A DNA stretch of 48,416 nucleotides, taken from NCBI GenBank assembly GCA_043783505.1, contig JAYVZL010000361.1, positions 1 through 48,416 of the forward strand, written 5' to 3'. This document shows, piece by piece, positions 44,047 through 48,416 of the stretch. The DNA comes from Elusimicrobiota bacterium (GTDB lineage: Bacteria > Elusimicrobiota > Elusimicrobia > UBA1565 > UBA9628). Position 1 is the first letter of the stretch; the number at the start of each line of letters is the position of its first letter. The notes below the pieces were generated by a model. The model was given only the letters and a program-made list of their open reading frames with translations, ran no database searches and was not told the origin of the DNA. A program made the position numbers and the translations under genes.

Positions 44047-46596
44047 TTAAGAACTGTGGCCGTCGAACCAATTCCGGACCGTCTCAACGAGCCCGTGCAC
44101 TTCTTTTTCGGAACCTTCGATGGTCAGCAGGTAATCGGAGCTGAACCAGCCGGCATATTCCCGGATGACGTACTTGGCGCCCTCGGCATCCAAGTAGCGG
44201 CGCAGTTCAGCGAGGGCCTGCGTCCGGTACAGCATCCCGACGTTGAAGGTCACCCGCGCCTTGACGATCGGCGACGCGTCGCCGCCGGCGACAAGAGGCC
44301 CGATGGACGCAGGCGTTTGTTTCTTAAACCGGACGCCGTCGAGGCTCATCCTCGACAGCGGACCGGCGTGAGCGCGCATCTTCTCGACAAACGAGGTGCT
44401 TTGCGTTTGCGGCAGGTTGATGCCGTGGGCTTTCGCGGCGGCGCGGATTTCATCCTCGTGGAGGATGTTTCCGTCCCTGTCCGTGGCGTTGACGAGGACC
44501 TGCTTGATCGCGTCCGGGATGGTGGTGGCCTTGGCGAACATCGTCGGCAGGACCAGGGACTCGACGACGGCCGAGCCCTCTTTCTCTCCGAGCTTTTCGA
44601 TGAGCGCTTTGCGCAGCTTCCAGGCGAAGCCGCCCCAGGCCTGGCCCTGGGCGTGGACTTCGTCGAACTCGTTGTACTGGTACTTGTTCTCGCCGTGGCG
44701 GATGTAGTCCACGCCGCCGCGGGGCACCTTCATGAAGTGCTCGCCGATGATGGGGTTGTTTAAGTCGAACATCGAGAGGATGTCGCCCCAGCCTTCGGAC
44801 AAGCCGCCGTTGACGATGCCGCCGGGCGTGAAGTCGTCCCAGTAGTGGCCGGTCTCGTGCTGGGAGACGCTGTCGTAGGCCGTGTTCCAGCACCGGCTGC
44901 TCGAGCGGAAGAAGTTCTCGCTGGGGCTGCCGGGCGTGTAGTAGGCGTTGCAATCCTGGTTGATGTTGGTGCGGATGGGCATCTGTGTCGAGTCCATCTT
45001 CGCGGTAGTCAGCTTGCGCTCGCGCAGGTAGTTCAGCGCGCGGTTGACGGTGCGGAAGGCGTTGACCTGGGCCAAGGCGTTCTCGTTGCTGATGTTGGCG
45101 TCCGGGTTGAAGACGATCTGGTTGTCACCGGGCTTGATCGTGACGTTGATCGACAGGGTCTTGCCGGTGGTGTCCTCGACGCGGATATAGGGGCCGGAGA
45201 GGGTGGCCGTCAGCGTCGTGCCGGCCGCGGCGTCGATGACGGCGTCGGACGAAAATTTCCCGTCCTTGTCGGTGACGTAGGTCTTCTCGCCGATCTTGAT
45301 CTGCAGGAAGGCGAGAGGGACTTCGGTCAGCTTGGAATTGGGCAGGACCGGCCCTTTGTCGACGGTTTTGCCATTGACGGTCCCCGAGACGCTTGATTTT
45401 TTCGTCGCGGCTTCGACGTCCTCGGACACTAAGCCCGTGCGGTTGTCCCACAGAAAGACGAGGCCGCTGAGCACGTCCACGGCGACCATGTACTCGAGGC
45501 CGTCCGCCAGATAGAGCTTCACGTGGCGCCATGAGCCGCGCGCATAGATCAATTTTTCTTGATAGAACTTGAATTTGTCGGCCACTTCATTGGTGGACAT
45601 GCCCGTGCGCTTGGCGATTTGGTCCATGATCTGGTCATTGGTAAACACCGTTTCGGTGTTGACGTCGAGCTGAGGGAAAACTCGCCCGTTCTGAGAGACG
45701 ATCGTGGCCTTCTCCTTGACGGTTTTTATCGTAAAGGACATGTAGGTGCCGTTGACTTCGAACCCGTTCTTGACCTGACGGAAAAGGAGGAAGATCGAGT
45801 CGGCCTGCGTGCCGTAGCCTTTGAAGGCGGTGGCGCCGATGAGACGCAGGTCGGAGCTGCCCACGCGGTAGCGGGGGAGGTCCGCGTCGATCATGGCCTT
45901 GACCTCCGCGACGACGGAGTCGACGTTGGCCGGGTCGGCCGAGAGAACCTTGCGGCTGGTCTCGAAGACGCCGCCGATGTCCTGACTGCCGGGCAGACCG
46001 TAGGCTTCGACGAGCGTCGTCGGCTCGCGATCGGGTGAGGGCACCGTCGCCTGTTCGTCTGGATGGGTGCCGTTGGGCAGCGTGAGAGGCTTCTGCTCGC
46101 GCAGGCTCATGCGTCCAGCGAGGGGCGCGGGCTTCTCGCGGGCGCCGTCGAAGGAGATCGTGGGCTTGGAGTGGCCGCGGACGGCGTTGAGGACGCGGGC
46201 GACGAATCCTTTTTCGGTGGCCGGCGTCGAGGTCTTGGAGGTCGAGGCGGCGGGGATTTTCTTGGCGTAGGCGGCGGCTTCGGCGGCGATGGCGGCTAGG
46301 TCGCCGCCGGCGCGCACGCTGATCGGCGCGCCGGCTTGCGCGGATAAGACGGAATTTAAGGTCGGGGCCGGCGCGGCGGGCGCCAACTGCATGACCCCGG
46401 CGTTGGCCCCGGGCATGAGAGGCATGGAAATCGCGCCGGAGGCGGACACGGCGGGGATGCGGACTTGGCCGGGCACGCGGGCGGCGCCGGCGAGGACCGT
46501 TCCATGCATGACCTGCGCGGCGACCGGAAGAGGACCGGAGCCGAGGAAAAGGGAGACGGCGACAAGGATGGGGAAGAGGCGGGCCTTTTTGTTCAT
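44047..46596 (-). CDS. Secreted thermolysin/fungalysin-like (clan MA(E), M4/M36-like) preprometalloprotease
   Basis: Signal peptide. FTP/PepSY-like propeptide segments (FRQVKNGFEVNGTYMSF; VAVDVLSGLVFLWDN). HExxH present as QHETGHYWDD (44845-44859). Third zinc ligand in NGGLSEGWGDILS. Downstream DEVHAQGQ. Confidence 0.7.
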   Translation of the reverse strand: MNKKARLFPILVAVSLFLGSGPLPVAAQVMHGTVLAGAARVPGQVRIPAVSASGAISMPLMPGANAGVMQLAPAAPAPTLNSVLSAQAGAPISVRAGGDLAAIAAEAAAYAKKIPAASTSKTSTPATEKGFVARVLNAVRGHSKPTISFDGAREKPAPLAGRMSLREQKPLTLPNGTHPDEQATVPSPDREPTTLVEAYGLPGSQDIGGVFETSRKVLSADPANVDSVVAEVKAMIDADLPRYRVGSSDLRLIGATAFKGYGTQADSIFLLFRQVKNGFEVNGTYMSFTIKTVKEKATIVSQNGRVFPQLDVNTETVFTNDQIMDQIAKRTGMSTNEVADKFKFYQEKLIYARGSWRHVKLYLADGLEYMVAVDVLSGLVFLWDNRTGLVSEDVEAATKKSSVSGTVNGKTVDKGPVLPNSKLTEVPLAFLQIKIGEKTYVTDKDGKFSSDAVIDAAAGTTLTATLSGPYIRVEDTTGKTLSINVTIKPGDNQIVFNPDANISNENALAQVNAFRTVNRALNYLRERKLTTAKMDSTQMPIRTNINQDCNAYYTPGSPSENFFRSSSRCWNTAYDSVSQHETGHYWDDFTPGGIVNGGLSEGWGDILSMFDLNNPIIGEHFMKVPRGGVDYIRHGENKYQYNEFDEVHAQGQAWGGFAWKLRKALIEKLGEKEGSAVVESLVLPTMFAKATTIPDAIKQVLVNATDRDGNILHEDEIRAAAKAHGINLPQTQSTSFVEKMRAHAGPLSRMSLDGVRFKKQTPASIGPLVAGGDASPIVKARVTFNVGMLYRTQALAELRRYLDAEGAKYVIREYAGWFSSDYLLTIEGSEKEVHGLVETVRNWFDGHSS

Positions 46597-46666
46597 GGGC
46601 GAATACTACGCCATTCGCCTTTTACTCCACCTGGGTCTAAGGGGCTTTCCGTCGAAGACAGAGGTC

Positions 46667-47332
46667 CTAGATGTTTTTAGGACTTTTGGCCCGAACCAGC
46701 TTCAGAAATAAGGCCCACCCGTCGTTGGTGTAAATATTGACGTTGAAGACCACCGTCTCGGCGGCGTTGACGGTATGTGCGATCACGGCGTTGAGACGTC
46801 CGGTCCGCTGCATCTCGTCGAGCCGCGCCGCCAGATACGCGGCGTCTTTCCCGAGAGAGAAGTTGAGGCTCTCGTCGGTTTTGAGCAGGGAGATCACCTT
46901 GTCCGCGCCGACGGTCGTCTTGGATTGATCGTTCGGACCGTCGTTGCTTTGCAGGGCGGCGACGGATTTCTTGAGGTCGAACGTCTCCATGTCGTAGCTC
47001 ATGACGAACGAGCCGCCGTTTTTGAGATCGACATTGTTCCCGATCGCGTTGAGGAGCTGTATGGCGACGATTTTTGAGGCTTTGGTGGAGACGTAATCGG
47101 TCTTGGGAGTCCGCTGATTCGCGGTCGGCCCCGGCGCCGCCAGAGCGCTATCAAGGCTCGCGGGCGGCATGAGAGGTATGGACGCCGCCACAGGGTTGAT
47201 TAAGAAGGCGCCGGAGATTAGTCCGGACAGACGGGCGCTGGATCCGCCGGCGATGGGGCCATGTACCTGCGCGAGGGCCGGTCCAGAGACGAGCAAAAGA
47301 CAGGCAAGGGCAAGACGAGGCAGTTGAGTCAT
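46667..47332 (-). CDS. Secreted hypothetical protein: shared N-terminal leader plus an uncharacterised 'X' domain
   Basis: Signal peptide MTQLPRLALACLLLVSGPALA. The leader carries AQVHG...ASIPLMPPAS. The C-terminal ~135 aa are clearly homologous to the C-terminus of the 47354 gene product. Confidence 0.55.
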   Translation of the reverse strand: MTQLPRLALACLLLVSGPALAQVHGPIAGGSSARLSGLISGAFLINPVAASIPLMPPASLDSALAAPGPTANQRTPKTDYVSTKASKIVAIQLLNAIGNNVDLKNGGSFVMSYDMETFDLKKSVAALQSNDGPNDQSKTTVGADKVISLLKTDESLNFSLGKDAAYLAARLDEMQRTGRLNAVIAHTVNAAETVVFNVNIYTNDGWALFLKLVRAKSPKNI

Positions 47333-47353
47333 TATTCCCGAAGGATACGCGGG

Positions 47354-48416
47354 CTAGTCGCCCATCGCGAAATGCAGGTGCATGACGTCCCCGTCATAGG
47401 TGTAAATCTCGAAGTAGAAGAGAACCGTGTAGGTCTCGCCGGTGACTTTGACGGTGCGCGCGAACACGGCTCGCAGACGCCGGGAATCCTCCATCTCTTT
47501 GAGTCGCTTCGCCAGGTATGTGGCGTCGCCTTTCAGCCAGGAGTTGATGCCCGCATCGGTTTTGAGCAGGGTGACGACGTTGTTCGCGCCGATGGTGGTC
47601 TTGTACTGATAGTTCGGTCCCTCGTTGGAGAGGCGCTCTTCCAAGGCGGCGACGGATTTATCGAGATCGAACTTCGTCCTGTCGTAGCTCTCGATGAGCG
47701 CGCTGCCATTGTTGAGATCGACATGTTTCCCGATAGCGCTGAGAAGTTGTTTGGTGGTCTTCTCCAGGTTGGCGGAGTCGAAAATTTTCGCCGCATTATT
47801 AGAGGTGTAGGCGGGCGTTATTGTCGGCGCGTAGGAAATGCTCCAATCGCGGTTGCCAAAATACTTGCTGGCGACGGGAATGGCCGCGCCGGTTTTGAAA
47901 TCGCTCGTGTTCTTGCCGGCAACATTTATTACTAGAGACGCCGAAACGGGAATCCCAGGCTCGGGGCGATCCTTAATAAAGGAGCGGCCCACCATCTGGA
48001 CCTCAATCTTGCCGTCCTTGAATGACCAAGTACCCGCTCCGTTGTAGACAGTTGGCACTATATTCATAACGGGGGCCGGCACGGACTTCTTGAAATTATA
48101 ATCCACGAGTTCGCCCGTAAATTTTAATGTATGGTCAGCGCTGAACTTGAACTCATAAGTATTCTTGCCGTCTTCATCCATGAACGTCGCGACATAAGAA
48201 TTGGGAATATCCGCTTCCGCAATGGGAGCGCGCAGCGCTGGGGAGCGGCCCAGGGCGGAGTCACCCCAGCCCTCAGATAGGCCGCCATTGACGATGCTGC
48301 CGGCATAGGCGTCGTCCCAATAGTGGCCGATCAAGTGAGTGATGACGCTGCCGTGGGCAAGGGCTTCCGAGGGGTGCGCGGGGGCGTCGACGTCTCCGGG
48401 TTTCGCCTCGGATCCG
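47354..48416 (-). CDS. Partial (5' end outside the window) paralog of the metalloprotease with HLxxH in place of HExxH, a beta-rich middle region and a C-terminal 'X' domain
   Basis: The frame stays open upstream of the listed TTG start to the window end: ...GSVITHLIGHYWDDAYAGSIVNGGLSEGWGD. It aligns with QHETGHYWDDFTPGGIVNGGLSEGWGD of the 44047 gene. Confidence 0.6.
   Translation of the reverse strand, partial: GSEAKPGDVDAPAHPSEALAHGSVITHLIGHYWDDAYAGSIVNGGLSEGWGDSALGRSPALRAPIAEADIPNSYVATFMDEDGKNTYEFKFSADHTLKFTGELVDYNFKKSVPAPVMNIVPTVYNGAGTWSFKDGKIEVQMVGRSFIKDRPEPGIPVSASLVINVAGKNTSDFKTGAAIPVASKYFGNRDWSISYAPTITPAYTSNNAAKIFDSANLEKTTKQLLSAIGKHVDLNNGSALIESYDRTKFDLDKSVAALEERLSNEGPNYQYKTTIGANNVVTLLKTDAGINSWLKGDATYLAKRLKEMEDSRRLRAVFARTVKVTGETYTVLFYFEIYTYDGDVMHLHFAMGD

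Noticed and set aside
46597-46666. Inverted repeat ggcgaat...attcgcc immediately upstream of the protease start codon
   Set aside because: The 7-bp stem could occlude the start region, but there is no conservation information and no clear SD to sequester. I left it unannotated rather than call it a regulatory element.

Overview
High-GC bacterial chromosomal window from a diderm organism (it carries an LptF/LptG pair and an outer-membrane beta-barrel). I call about 45 protein genes. I found no rRNA, tRNA, CRISPR array, transposase or integrase. Reading left to right:

- 57-7802: housekeeping and secreted-peptidase genes. These are a hotdog thioesterase, a C-N hydrolase, an orphan REC-GspE/PilB ATPase, an M16 pair, an M28 peptidase and a membrane-anchored hypothetical.
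- 7804-15436: the scoA/scoB CoA-transferase pair, pulled 6.26 kb apart by a six-gene signalling cassette. The cassette holds an H-NOX protein, a PAS kinase, a CheY-like regulator, a secreted beta-propeller and two inverted paralogous REC-kinase hybrids.
- 15456-21869: metK, an HtrA protease and an NDP-hexose (GDP-mannose-type) precursor operon.
- 21977-27344: a NadD-like protein with an exported-looking N-terminus, a large GT-C glycosyltransferase, an HExxH protease and an M23 peptidase.
- 27345-29190: a small lower-GC islet with a small ORF, a broken frame and a DUF4143-type AAA ATPase.
- 29191-37939: an Arn-like amino-sugar / polyprenyl-phosphate glycan-modification locus containing two methyltransferase-to-GT-C coupled gene pairs.
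- 37968-43962: a second HtrA, an M20 dipeptidase, LptF/G and a TraF-like OMP.
- 44047-48416: a three-gene minus-strand operon. It combines an active thermolysin/fungalysin-like preproprotease, a partial paralog whose HExxH reads HLxxH, and a small secreted protein. The paralog and the small protein share an uncharacterised ~135-aa C-terminal domain.

The two most unusual regions are the signalling cassette that splits scoAB and the protease / pseudoprotease / shared-domain operon. In the cassette, one kinase paralog has lost its phospho-acceptor His, a 47-bp perfect inverted repeat links the two paralogs, and a 23-bp in-frame direct repeat sits in the other paralog.

All functional calls come from motif recognition by eye on the supplied translations. 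No database search was run.
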